Origin: a virus
IMG/VR virus record: IMGVR_UViG_3300019762_000005
Span: 28,676-92,675 of that record
Reading direction: 5' to 3' (one strand)
DNA length: 64,000 bases
Part shown: one piece after another, positions 27,090 to 36,537 of the stretch
How the letters are laid out: every line of letters begins with the position of its first letter
Numbering within the stretch: the first letter of the stretch is position 1
Position numbers and translations under genes: made by a program
The notes under the pieces: model-generated
What the model was told of the DNA's origin: nothing
Database searches by the model: none
What the model saw: only the letters and a program-made list of their open reading frames with translations

Positions 27090-27342
27090 GAGGTATTTTA
27101 GACCTCCAGTATCAGGATATTACCAAGACTTTACGTTTTGGGACTATATGAGTCAGTATTTGTTTCTGTACGTATTAATAGCGATAGGAATATCACTAAT
27201 GCATATATTCGATATGGCTCACAAGTTAGGATTAACGTACTTTTTGTTAATCTGGGGATTTTTGTGGTTTTGTGGCGGAATATATACATGGAATCACGAC
27301 TTTAAGAAACGTCAAGAAAAGGACAAATGGAAGAAGTTTTAG
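27073..27342 (+). CDS. Two-TM membrane protein
   Basis: Two hydrophobic helices next to the hydrolase. Confidence 0.6.
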   Translation: MMKRIRRYFRPPVSGYYQDFTFWDYMSQYLFLYVLIAIGISLMHIFDMAHKLGLTYFLLIWGFLWFCGGIYTWNHDFKKRQEKDKWKKF

Positions 27343-27731
27343 CAGTTTTTTTAATCGTAAAAGCAATATCTGTATTCCTGTTGATGTATTCAGCAGGATA
27401 CAGTAAAGCTTGCATGGATATAGTTCAACACAAATACAGTAGAAGTATATTTAGCTTAAGAAATAATCCTGGTTATTACAATCCAAAAGAATCCTGGAAA
27501 AGAAAACACGAGAAGAAAAGTTGGTTGTATAAAACCGTACTTGTATGGACTACTGATTTTTGGCACAAAAAAGGAATGCATTACTCAGTGTCTCTTTCTC
27601 TTGGTTTTTTTCTGATAGGAACAGGATTCAATGAAAATCCTATAGCAACTTTGATCGTGTTTTTAGCATGTCAATATTACTATAGGGTTGTTTTTGAATA
27701 TAATTACTCAATAAAACTAATGATAAAATGA
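27327..27731 (+). CDS. Membrane protein
   Basis: TM segments; SWKRK and TDFWH motifs. Confidence 0.65.
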   Translation: MEEVLAVFLIVKAISVFLLMYSAGYSKACMDIVQHKYSRSIFSLRNNPGYYNPKESWKRKHEKKSWLYKTVLVWTTDFWHKKGMHYSVSLSLGFFLIGTGFNENPIATLIVFLACQYYYRVVFEYNYSIKLMIK

Positions 27732-28129
27732 GCAAAAAAAAAACGAAAGAAGACGAAGAAAGAACGTATAATTACGTAAAACTAGCAATTGCTACTCAGG
27801 TTATAATAGAGATGCAAGCCGAATTAAGAAACACAAACGTCTTCAATGGTAAGGCTAAGAATGCAGCTCTAGTAATTAGAAAACAAGCTAGTCATGATAT
27901 AGAGAAGGATATTATAGGTATATACGAAAGAGATAGCGATACTGCTAATAGCTTAATATCTGGAATAGAAACTGTAGCATCTCAACTAGCTACTCTTGAC
28001 GTAAAAAGAATAGCTAATATGTCTCTTATTATTAAGAGAATAGAAGATCAAAATTGTATGCTTATAGATAGAGGTTATTATGAAGAGCTCGAAAAGATAA
28101 AAGAAAAATACAATAAACTTAAGAAGTGA
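27728..28129 (+). CDS. Hypothetical protein
   Basis: Coupled ORF. Confidence 0.65.
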   Translation: MSKKKTKEDEERTYNYVKLAIATQVIIEMQAELRNTNVFNGKAKNAALVIRKQASHDIEKDIIGIYERDSDTANSLISGIETVASQLATLDVKRIANMSLIIKRIEDQNCMLIDRGYYEELEKIKEKYNKLKK

Positions 28130-28545
28130 TGGGACTAGAAGAGATAATAGGGTCTAACGAGATACTAGAAGAGTCTTCAATGTTTACTTGCTGGTTAAAT
28201 GAAGAGGAAGAGTACTGCATGCATGTAAGAGGGTTGACTATTACCGACTTTTCTACTGACGAAAAAGGAGTGTTTTCTGGAGATATTGTTGAGCTTTTTG
28301 GCAAGACAGAAGTAATTCTCAATACAAATACTACTCAAAGCTTAAAATCATTAATGGATGAAGTTTGTGCCTCTATTCGCAATATTACTATTAAAGACGG
28401 AGGGACGGAAGGTATGTCTCTTGTATTAGATGCAGATAATAGGTTAACTCAGTTTGAAAATTATCAAATCTACAGATTTAGAACAATAAAATCTATTCAA
28501 ATTGTAGGTGACAATCAATTAGTGTTAACATCTTACAAATTATAA
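28126..28545 (+). CDS. Hypothetical protein
   Basis: Coupled ORF. Confidence 0.65.
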   Translation: MMGLEEIIGSNEILEESSMFTCWLNEEEEYCMHVRGLTITDFSTDEKGVFSGDIVELFGKTEVILNTNTTQSLKSLMDEVCASIRNITIKDGGTEGMSLVLDADNRLTQFENYQIYRFRTIKSIQIVGDNQLVLTSYKL

Positions 28546-28546
28546 T

Positions 28547-30367
28547 ATGACAAAGAAAAGAAGTAAATTTTTATACAGCTTGGAGTCTTTTAATGATTTA
28601 TTTTGCGTTGTTTTTTTAAATACAGAGACAAAGGTCCACTTGTTTTATCAGATTAGTGAAAAGAATAATATGGTTGAAAAACTACAGAAATTTCTGATTA
28701 GCGGTATTCAATTGATAGGATACAATAGCATTGGTCATGATTATCAGTTGTTGCACGAAATAGTACTAGCTGATAACAATATAGGGCCCGGTTATATTCG
28801 TAAGATTTCAAAAGAAATATTGAAAGGAGAAAGAGCTATAAGCAATTCCAGTATATTTCCTCAATTAGATCTTTACAGGATAAACGGATATAACTCTAAA
28901 AAAATACCATTAAGTTGGTTGCAATTTTCTTACGGTAGAAAAGTAATAAGATCTATCCCTGTTCATAAAGATTATCTTTTAAAGAATGTCGACCATCCTT
29001 CTATAATTGATAGCTGTAGAGAGAATGTAGATTTCTTGAATGAGATTTACGAGAATTCAAAGCCAGCTATTAGAAAAAGAATGGCTTTATCTAAAGAGCT
29101 TGGAAACAAGGTAATGAATATGTCAAACAGTAAAATTGGAGAGTTACTGATAAGGACTGAATTTGAAAAAATATCAGCAAAGACAATTAAAAAAGGAATG
29201 AAAACCAGTTCGGTAGAATCTATAAAACTTTCTGAAGTAATACCTGATGATATTGAATATAATCATGTAGAGCTAAAAAAGTTTGTATCTAGGTTGTCTA
29301 AACTTGAAATACATCCAAAAGATAGTCTTACTACGGATATTGACCTAGACGGACTTGTTATCACATTTTCAAAAGGAGGCTTGCACACCAACGATGTCTC
29401 AGGAGTTATAGAGAATACTAAAGGAGCACTTGAAGAGCATGATGTAATATCAATGCACTCTAGCACCATTGTTAACGAATCTATAGCTCCTAGACATTTA
29501 GGTAGGCCTTGGATTAAAGCTGTTGGAAAAGTTAAAGACATGCGAATGGAGACTATAAGAAAAGACCCTTTAAAGAAAGAGGTGTTTTTCAAAGAAGCCT
29601 TAAACGCAGGTTCTTACGGAAAGTTGAATTATGCTCCATCTTGGCAGTACGACCCTTTAGCCTCCTATAAAACAACGATAATTGGGGAACTTAGGATGTT
29701 GGAATTGATCGACAAGCTAATAGCTATGGATGTTGAAGTGATTAGTGTAAATAATGACGGTCTAGTATTACATTATTCGGATTGGGATGAAAACCTAGTA
29801 GCTGATGTTATAGGTGCTTGGGAGTCAAAGAATGGATACTCTACAAAGAAAACTACTTTAAAAAAAATAGTTTATAACGGTATAAATAACTATATTGGAT
29901 TCCTTACTGATGGACATCTACTTAAAGGTCAATTTGCTATTAACAAGAGCAAAGCTAAAGACAATTCTAGGAAGATAATTCCAATAGCACTGTTTGAGTA
30001 TTTTGTGAATGGTAAATCCATAAAAGAAACAATAACCAACCATAAGAATATATTAGATTTTTGTGTTGGTTTGAAAGCTAAAGGTAAGGTGTACTGGATG
30101 TCTGACGAAGAAAATCCCATGAAAATAGAAAGAGAAGTTATAAGGTATTTCGTCTCTAACGATTCTGTGAAAATATTTGAAGAAGACATTAGAGGTAACA
30201 AGATTCCTTTAGAAAAAGGATTAAACATTACTATGTTTATGGAGGTTATAGAAGATGTTGATTATAATGTCAATTACAATTATTACATAAACGAATGCTC
30301 GAAGATTATTAGATCAGTAGAAGCAAGAAGAGACGATAAGAATTATAAACAAGAAAAACTATTTTAA
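28547..30367 (+). CDS. polB: Family B DNA polymerase with degenerate motifs
   Basis: GYNSIGHD (ExoII), GGLH, DVISMHSS (motif A), KEALNAGSYGK (motif B), NNDG (motif C), INNYI and KGQF. Confidence 0.85.
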   Translation: MTKKRSKFLYSLESFNDLFCVVFLNTETKVHLFYQISEKNNMVEKLQKFLISGIQLIGYNSIGHDYQLLHEIVLADNNIGPGYIRKISKEILKGERAISNSSIFPQLDLYRINGYNSKKIPLSWLQFSYGRKVIRSIPVHKDYLLKNVDHPSIIDSCRENVDFLNEIYENSKPAIRKRMALSKELGNKVMNMSNSKIGELLIRTEFEKISAKTIKKGMKTSSVESIKLSEVIPDDIEYNHVELKKFVSRLSKLEIHPKDSLTTDIDLDGLVITFSKGGLHTNDVSGVIENTKGALEEHDVISMHSSTIVNESIAPRHLGRPWIKAVGKVKDMRMETIRKDPLKKEVFFKEALNAGSYGKLNYAPSWQYDPLASYKTTIIGELRMLELIDKLIAMDVEVISVNNDGLVLHYSDWDENLVADVIGAWESKNGYSTKKTTLKKIVYNGINNYIGFLTDGHLLKGQFAINKSKAKDNSRKIIPIALFEYFVNGKSIKETITNHKNILDFCVGLKAKGKVYWMSDEENPMKIEREVIRYFVSNDSVKIFEEDIRGNKIPLEKGLNITMFMEVIEDVDYNVNYNYYINECSKIIRSVEARRDDKNYKQEKLF

Positions 30368-30368
30368 C

Positions 30369-31166
30369 ATGGATTGCACAAGGTTGAAAGATTATGATTT
30401 AATAATACTTAATACAAGCGCAGGTAAGGATTCTCTAGTAATGATGTGGGACATCTTAAGAAGAGCAAAAAAGGAAAACTACCCAATTGAAAGAATAGTG
30501 TGCTCACATCAAGACTTAGGTAGGTTCGAATGGCCAGGAACAAAAGTTCTTGTTGAGACTCAAGCTAGTATATTTGGATTAAAGACTTATTATTCTAAAA
30601 GAAGAAACAAGGACGGATACGAAGAAAACCTGCTTGAATATGTTTTAAGAAGAAGGAAGTGGCCATCTAATAAACAAAGATGGTGTACTAGCGACTTTAA
30701 AAGAGGTCCTGGAGCAAGAGTAGTGACTAAATTAACTAAAGATTTAGGCAAATGCAAAGTTTTATATGTGTTCGGATTTAGAAGCCAGGAAAGCCCTGCA
30801 AGAGCTAAAAAAAATGTTATAGAAATAAACAAAAATCTATCAACAAAAAACAGGACGGTACATACTTTTAATCCTATTCTAGGGATGGACATAAAGAAAG
30901 TTTGGAGAATAATAAAATTATTCAAACTTCCTTACCATTATGCTTATGACTTAGGAATGCCTAGACTTTCTTGTATATTTTGTATATTTTCTCCGTTTGA
31001 CGCTTTAGTTATAGCTGGTATCGAAAATATGGAATTACTGGAAGAATATATTTCTGTTGAAGAAGAAATAAATCATACTTTTAGAGATAAGTTTTCGTTA
31101 AAAGAGGTTAGAAAAAGCATAGAAGAAGGGTATAGACCTAAAGGAATTCCAGACTGGGTTATGTAA
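30369..31166 (+). CDS. PAPS-reductase-family (PP-loop) protein
   Basis: SAGKDS, RWCTSDFK, GFRSQESPARA and RLSCIFCIF motifs. Confidence 0.85.
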   Translation: MDCTRLKDYDLIILNTSAGKDSLVMMWDILRRAKKENYPIERIVCSHQDLGRFEWPGTKVLVETQASIFGLKTYYSKRRNKDGYEENLLEYVLRRRKWPSNKQRWCTSDFKRGPGARVVTKLTKDLGKCKVLYVFGFRSQESPARAKKNVIEINKNLSTKNRTVHTFNPILGMDIKKVWRIIKLFKLPYHYAYDLGMPRLSCIFCIFSPFDALVIAGIENMELLEEYISVEEEINHTFRDKFSLKEVRKSIEEGYRPKGIPDWVM

Positions 31167-31184
31167 GTACAAAAAAAAATTAAC

Positions 31185-31607
31185 ATGGAGAAATATCAAA
31201 AAAAATGTGATTGCTGTGGAAAACCCTTCAATGCTGGCTTTTTAGATGCTGGTAGTGAATGGTGTTCTATGAAGTGCTTAATAAAAGAGAACCAGAAAGA
31301 CATTCCATCATATTCAAAGTCAGATTGGGAAAAGGATTGTGAAATTTCTCCAGATGTATGTTACTATACTGAATGGGAGGAAATAGATGAGGACGAATGG
31401 TACAATAAAGACGGAGTATTATTCAGAACAGATACTGAGCAGCTTTTATACGAAAGGTTAAACGCTTGTCATTCAGCTATAGACTCATTCTCTGACTTCC
31501 AAAAAGAGCTAGGTATTGATAATCAAGAGTCTGAGTCTTACCTCGCTCTAATAGGAGAATTAGCAGAAAACGAATCATTATTAAAAAAGATAGAAGATGG
31601 CAAGTAG
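31185..31607 (+). CDS. Cys-rich hypothetical protein
   Basis: CDCCG...WCSMKC. Confidence 0.65.
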   Translation: MEKYQKKCDCCGKPFNAGFLDAGSEWCSMKCLIKENQKDIPSYSKSDWEKDCEISPDVCYYTEWEEIDEDEWYNKDGVLFRTDTEQLLYERLNACHSAIDSFSDFQKELGIDNQESESYLALIGELAENESLLKKIEDGK

Positions 31608-31857
31608 ATTACAGAAACTGTCAAGAGACAGATCTCATTTTAAGTGGAGAATATCAGGAATGGTTATACCTGTAAAAGGATTGACTGATTTTGAACGTGA
31701 AATTGTTGAAGAGATTAATGTTAAGATAAAGCTATTAAAGGATAACTTTGTTGAACAATCAAGAGTACTTGGATTAGACGCAAAACATAGATGTTCTTGC
31801 GGTAAAGTCGTTGAAAACAAAGGAGACTCTTGTAAAATACACACTTGGGATGAGTAA
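31597..31857 (+). CDS. Hypothetical protein with C-terminal Zn finger
   Basis: CSCG...CKIH. Confidence 0.6.
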   Translation: MASRLQKLSRDRSHFKWRISGMVIPVKGLTDFEREIVEEINVKIKLLKDNFVEQSRVLGLDAKHRCSCGKVVENKGDSCKIHTWDE

Positions 31858-32019
31858 AATGACAAGAAAAACAAGAGATTTCGCAGAGTGCGAGACTCAC
31901 GGTGTTACCAATTTTGAAGAAAATTCGTTCAAGAACTGTGACGAAAATTGCGAGATCTACAAGATAGGAACTATCACGGAAACTAGAGTAGCGACAACTA
32001 CTCCTAAAAAGAGACAAGC

Positions 32020-33198
32020 ATGGACTCTAACAGAACTGAAAGACAAAAAGGATTAGTCCTTGATTGGTTTTCTGCAAAAATGAAAGGTGTAGTATTAGCT
32101 GCTACTGGATTTGGAAAATCAAGAGTTGGACTACTAGCTATAAAAAGAGCTATAAAAGTCAAGGAATTAAAATCTTGCTTAATAATAGTTCCTTCAATAG
32201 GATTAAAAATACAATGGGAAAAGCTAGTTGCGGAAGCAGGTATTAACATTGTAGATGTAATGGTGATAAATACTGCAGCTAATAGAGCTGAAAATCTAAA
32301 GTATGAACTAGTGATATATGATGAATTTCATAGAGCTGGTTCAGAGTTTTTTATAAAGGCTTTAGAAATTAAAAAAAAATATATCCTTGGTCTTACTGCT
32401 ACGCTAGAAAGGCCTGATAACACTCACTTGGAGTTGGTAAAAATAGCTCCTGTAATTGGAGAAGTTAAACTTGATGAGTGTTTAATAAAAGGATGGGTAA
32501 GTAATTATAGGATACTAAATTTAATAGTTCCATTTACTAAAAAAGAAAGAGCAGCTCATGAAACAGCTGTTGGAACTTACGAGTACTACAATAAGCTTTG
32601 TACTGGAAATGGTAGATACGCTTTTGAAAATGCTAGAAGTTGGATTAAAGGTAGTGAGCCTACGTTAAAAAGGCAAGCTGCTAAATATTACAACGCTTTG
32701 AGAACAAAGAATGATTTAGCGAAGTACAACGTGAACAAGATAGCTGTTATAGAAGACATTGTGAATAATAATTTTAGAGATAGAAAAGGATTCATATTCA
32801 GTACTTCTATAGAATTCGCTACCGACTTGCAAGGTCTGATAGATAAGAAATCTATAATGTATCATAGTAAACTGAAGAAGAAAGAAAAGGAAAAGGCTGT
32901 AAAAATGTTTATTTCTGGGAAGAAAACAGTATGCAATGCTGTTCAATCTATGAATGAAGGTCTTGATTTTCCAGACGCTTCTTTAGCTATTATACTAGAC
33001 TCGGATAGTTCGGTAAGAAAAGCTAGACAGCAATTAGGAAGAATAATTAGAGCTACTGAAGATCCTGATAAGGTAGCAACGTTAATCAATGTTTGTTCGG
33101 AAGATTCCGTAGAAAATGGGTGGGCGGATAAGAAATTTCAGGGATTAAAAACAAAAACTGTCACTATTGACAAGTTAAAACTAATACTTAATGAGTAA
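32020..33198 (+). CDS. SF2 DExH helicase
   Basis: AATGFGKS, DEFH, GLTAT, EGLDFP and QQLGRIIR motifs. Confidence 0.92.
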   Translation: MDSNRTERQKGLVLDWFSAKMKGVVLAATGFGKSRVGLLAIKRAIKVKELKSCLIIVPSIGLKIQWEKLVAEAGINIVDVMVINTAANRAENLKYELVIYDEFHRAGSEFFIKALEIKKKYILGLTATLERPDNTHLELVKIAPVIGEVKLDECLIKGWVSNYRILNLIVPFTKKERAAHETAVGTYEYYNKLCTGNGRYAFENARSWIKGSEPTLKRQAAKYYNALRTKNDLAKYNVNKIAVIEDIVNNNFRDRKGFIFSTSIEFATDLQGLIDKKSIMYHSKLKKKEKEKAVKMFISGKKTVCNAVQSMNEGLDFPDASLAIILDSDSSVRKARQQLGRIIRATEDPDKVATLINVCSEDSVENGWADKKFQGLKTKTVTIDKLKLILNE

Positions 33199-33748
33199 GA
33201 TTGAAGTAGACCTTGTTAAATGTCAACTAAACAATATTACTCCTAGCGATTATGTTTTGATACACCTCATGTATCACAGGGATTACAAAAGGATAGAAGG
33301 AATTTTCACTAGAAAAGGAGCTTCTGAGATCAAAAATGGACTAATAGGAAGCAAGTATATACTTAGCGGAAGAGAAGTTCCATTCAAAGAGACAATCCTT
33401 AGTTTGAAGAATGTTAAGTCCTTATTGAATATCAAAGATGATACATTCGATTTTTGGAAATGGTATAGTATATATCCTCATAAAGTTGGATCGAGAATCC
33501 TTAGAGCTACTACACATGGCTCTAAAGCTGCAACGGACCACGAAAAGAAGTATAGACGAGTCGTTAAATCAATCGAGCATCACGATGAAATTTGCAAAAG
33601 GACTGAAAACTATGTAGAATCGCAAAGGATAGCTGAAAAGTTACCATATTTGCCGGCAATACTAACGGTTCTTAATGGTAGATTATGGGAGCAATGGGAC
33701 GATATTGAAAAAGAGGAAGACGCAGCATGGAATCAGACGCTTATATAA
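33191..33748 (+). CDS. Putative replication initiator / helicase loader
   Basis: FWKWYSIYPHKV and LTVLNGRLWEQW (DnaD-like pattern); overlaps the DnaB start. Confidence 0.55.
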   Translation: MSKIEVDLVKCQLNNITPSDYVLIHLMYHRDYKRIEGIFTRKGASEIKNGLIGSKYILSGREVPFKETILSLKNVKSLLNIKDDTFDFWKWYSIYPHKVGSRILRATTHGSKAATDHEKKYRRVVKSIEHHDEICKRTENYVESQRIAEKLPYLPAILTVLNGRLWEQWDDIEKEEDAAWNQTLI

Positions 33749-35547
33749 AGAAGATATTACAAAACATCGAGAGAGGGAAGCAAGGTCTTAATGTTGGGTT
33801 GCCAATGGGTCTTAAAAGATTGGGCTCAGTGATAAGCAATATTCAGCCAAAAACGTACACTATTATATCTGGTGGAACTGGTTGTTACGACAGTAATACT
33901 GAGTACTTCAATGGAAAGCAATGGAAGTTCTTTAGTGACTATAAAAAAGGAGAGAAAGTCTTAATGTATAACGGTGACGGAACTGCAGAGTTAGTAATTC
34001 CTTCTGAATACATAAAGAAAAAAGCTTCTTACTTCTATAACTTCAAGAGCAAATACGGAATAGACCAGATGATTTCTGGAGAGCATACCGTGATTACTCT
34101 TTCAAAGCAGGGAAGTATAGTTAAAACTAGAGCTGATAAGTTTGTTGAAGATCATAACAAGACATCAAGAGGGTCTAAAAAAGCATTTATAACTACGTTT
34201 AGGTACAAGCCTGAAAAAGAGATAGATGTTAGTAAAGATTTGATAAGGAATTATATAGGCGCAAGAACTAAAGTTTTTCCTGATGAATGGTACAATATGT
34301 CTAGTTCTAGTTTGAAAGTTTTTCATGACGAGCTTAAATACTGGGATGGTAGTATACCTAAGAATAGTAGCAAGCTGTACTCGTACTCTTCTAATAACAA
34401 GAAGAATATCGACTTCGTTCAGTTTGTCTGTTCCTCTTTAGGGTATAGAGCTAGTGTACACGTAGATGAAAGGTATGAGAATAAGAACTATACTATTTAT
34501 CAATCCAATAGAACGAAGCCTATGATGGTTAATTCTTTAGGAGTTGACAAGATAGATAAAGTCTATAACCACGATGGAATGAAATACTGTTTTACTGTTC
34601 CTTCAGGAATGTTAGTAACAAGAAGAAATGATTGTATAACTATATCTGGGAATACAGGAAAGACAGCTTTCGTTGATACAGCCTACGTTTCAAACCCTTA
34701 CAGACATATATTGACAGGTAATAACATTTACGATTTGGAGGTTATTTATTTTTCGTTAGAGATAGATCCAGAACAGAAAATAACAAAGCTTATAGCTAAT
34801 AAGTTATGGGCTGATTATGGATTAAAAACTACCGTAGGAGAGATACTTTCAAAAGGAGATAAAAGAATACCGCTAGAGGTCGATAGAGCTATAGGTGAAA
34901 CTACTGATTATTTTGTCAAAATGGGAGACAAGATTAAGTATAGGAGTGCAGCTAGTCCAGATTATATCTATAGAGAGTTAATGAACTACGCTAAGAAAAG
35001 AGGTAAAATTACATTGAACGATAAGGGAATAGTTATTAACTATCAACCTCATAATCCAATGTTAGTAACCTTAGTTATTGTAGATCATATAGGTCTTATA
35101 AAGCCAAACTCTAAAGATAGAAACCTTAAAGAAGCTATAGATAGAGCTTCTAAAACGTTGATATACTTTAGGAATATATTTGGATTTGCTCCAGTTGTTG
35201 TTTCTCAGTTCAATAGAGCCATAGAGGGGCACGACAGGATGAAAGGCGATAACGAACCTAAGCTTAGTGATTTGAAAGAGTCTGGAGGCCCTAGTGAAGA
35301 TGCTAATCTTGTTATAGGATTGTACTACCCATATAGGTACATGAAGCAAACTCATCTTGGATATGACATGAAGATTATGAGGAACAATTATCGTTCAGCT
35401 CATATTTTGAAAAACAGAGATGGTCCTGATGGAGGTGTGATAGGATTAGCTTTTAACGGAGGTAACGGATTCTTTAGGGAAATGCCTACCTTAGAACAGC
35501 TAAAAACTACCGTGTCTTACGATAGAGTATTGGCTGCAGTTAGATAG
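33727..35547 (+). CDS. dnaB: DnaB-like replicative helicase with intein
   Basis: GGTG/TGKT, YFSLEI, IVDHIGL, VSQFNR, SDLKESG..EDA and ILKNRDG motifs. Confidence 0.93.
   Translation: MESDAYIKKILQNIERGKQGLNVGLPMGLKRLGSVISNIQPKTYTIISGGTGCYDSNTEYFNGKQWKFFSDYKKGEKVLMYNGDGTAELVIPSEYIKKKASYFYNFKSKYGIDQMISGEHTVITLSKQGSIVKTRADKFVEDHNKTSRGSKKAFITTFRYKPEKEIDVSKDLIRNYIGARTKVFPDEWYNMSSSSLKVFHDELKYWDGSIPKNSSKLYSYSSNNKKNIDFVQFVCSSLGYRASVHVDERYENKNYTIYQSNRTKPMMVNSLGVDKIDKVYNHDGMKYCFTVPSGMLVTRRNDCITISGNTGKTAFVDTAYVSNPYRHILTGNNIYDLEVIYFSLEIDPEQKITKLIANKLWADYGLKTTVGEILSKGDKRIPLEVDRAIGETTDYFVKMGDKIKYRSAASPDYIYRELMNYAKKRGKITLNDKGIVINYQPHNPMLVTLVIVDHIGLIKPNSKDRNLKEAIDRASKTLIYFRNIFGFAPVVVSQFNRAIEGHDRMKGDNEPKLSDLKESGGPSEDANLVIGLYYPYRYMKQTHLGYDMKIMRNNYRSAHILKNRDGPDGGVIGLAFNGGNGFFREMPTLEQLKTTVSYDRVLAAVR
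33883..34653 (+). mobile_element. Intein (257 aa) in DnaB Walker A with remnant LAGLIDADG
   Basis: CYDSNTEY...YCFTVPSGMLVTRRNDCITISGN followed by +1 Thr; only one LAGLIDADG-like block (ELKYWDGS). Confidence 0.92.
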
Positions 35548-35569
35548 TGAAAACATAAAACAAATAATT

Positions 35570-36537
35570 ATCGCAAAATTAGTATTTATTGTTGGTGATA
35601 CCGGGAGTGGTAAATCGACTGCAATTAGGAATTTAGATCCTAAAACAACGTTGCTTATGAATAGCGACCAAAAGGACCTGCCGTTTAGACAGTTCTCTAA
35701 GAAGTATAACAAAGAAGCTAGAAATTACAAGAAAACTTCTGACTTAAAAGTCATAAAAAGATTGTTATTAAAGCTTAATGATGAATCTAATAAGCATGTT
35801 GAGGTAGCTATAGTCGATACGTTTACTCGTATAATGACTGACTATGTTATGAACAACAAGTTTAGATCTTCTAACGGATTTGAGAAATGGGGCAACCTAT
35901 CTGGAGACATGTATGACTTTATCAACATGATAAATGAAGTATTAAGAGACGATTTAATTATCTATCTGTTTTGTCATCCAGAAACAATAATTAGTGACGA
36001 AGGAAAATCGTACAAAAGAATAGCTTGTCAGGGTTGATAGAAAATGTTTGCCCATACTCCTCTAATTGCGGGAATATCCTTAGAGCTTTCAACTACCAAC
36101 CAACCACAGCAATGTAGGTTGGGGTCATAACTAACTATTATGAATATGGTAAAAACGTTGAAAGATTGGACAATCCGCAGCGAAGCCTCCTACATCCGTA
36201 GGTTAAACGTTCACAGACTATTCCGTAAGGAAGTAGGGCTATTTATAGTTCGAAACGGGGAGCATTTTACAAAAGTAAGATGAAGATATAGTCGGGTTTA
36301 TAGTGAAAGCTATAATGTAATACGAAACAATTAGAAAAGTTTGCACTAGAGAGCTTTAGTTCGATTGTGTTTTTCACTGAAGTAAAGGCGTTACCTTCAA
36401 AGCCTACTCAGTTCTTTTTTAGAACAGTAAATAAAGGTAAAGACTCTTGCAAGACTCCTATAGATATGTTCGAGGATGACTTAATAGAGAATGATTTAGT
36501 AATTGTAACAAAAAAAATAAAAGAATATTATGACTGA
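35570..36537 (+). CDS. AAA_24/Sak4-like ATPase, spliced (exons 35570-36034 and 36325-36537)
   Basis: IVGDTGSGKSTAIRNLDP and AIVDTF motifs. The joined reading IACQG|KQLEKFALESFSSIVFFT...KTPIDMFEDDLIENDL is in frame. The start appears to be ATC. Confidence 0.88.
36035..36324 (+). mobile_element. Group I intron (290 nt, no homing endonuclease)
   Basis: Exon ends in U (CAGGGT) and can pair with IGS GCCC. Core elements: P AATTGCGGGAA, Q AATCCGCAGC, R TCACAGACTA, S AAGATATAGTC. Terminal G at 36324. Confidence 0.92.

Noticed and set aside
35651-36037. Truncated ATPase pseudogene
   Set aside because: Explained by the group I intron and an upstream non-ATG start.
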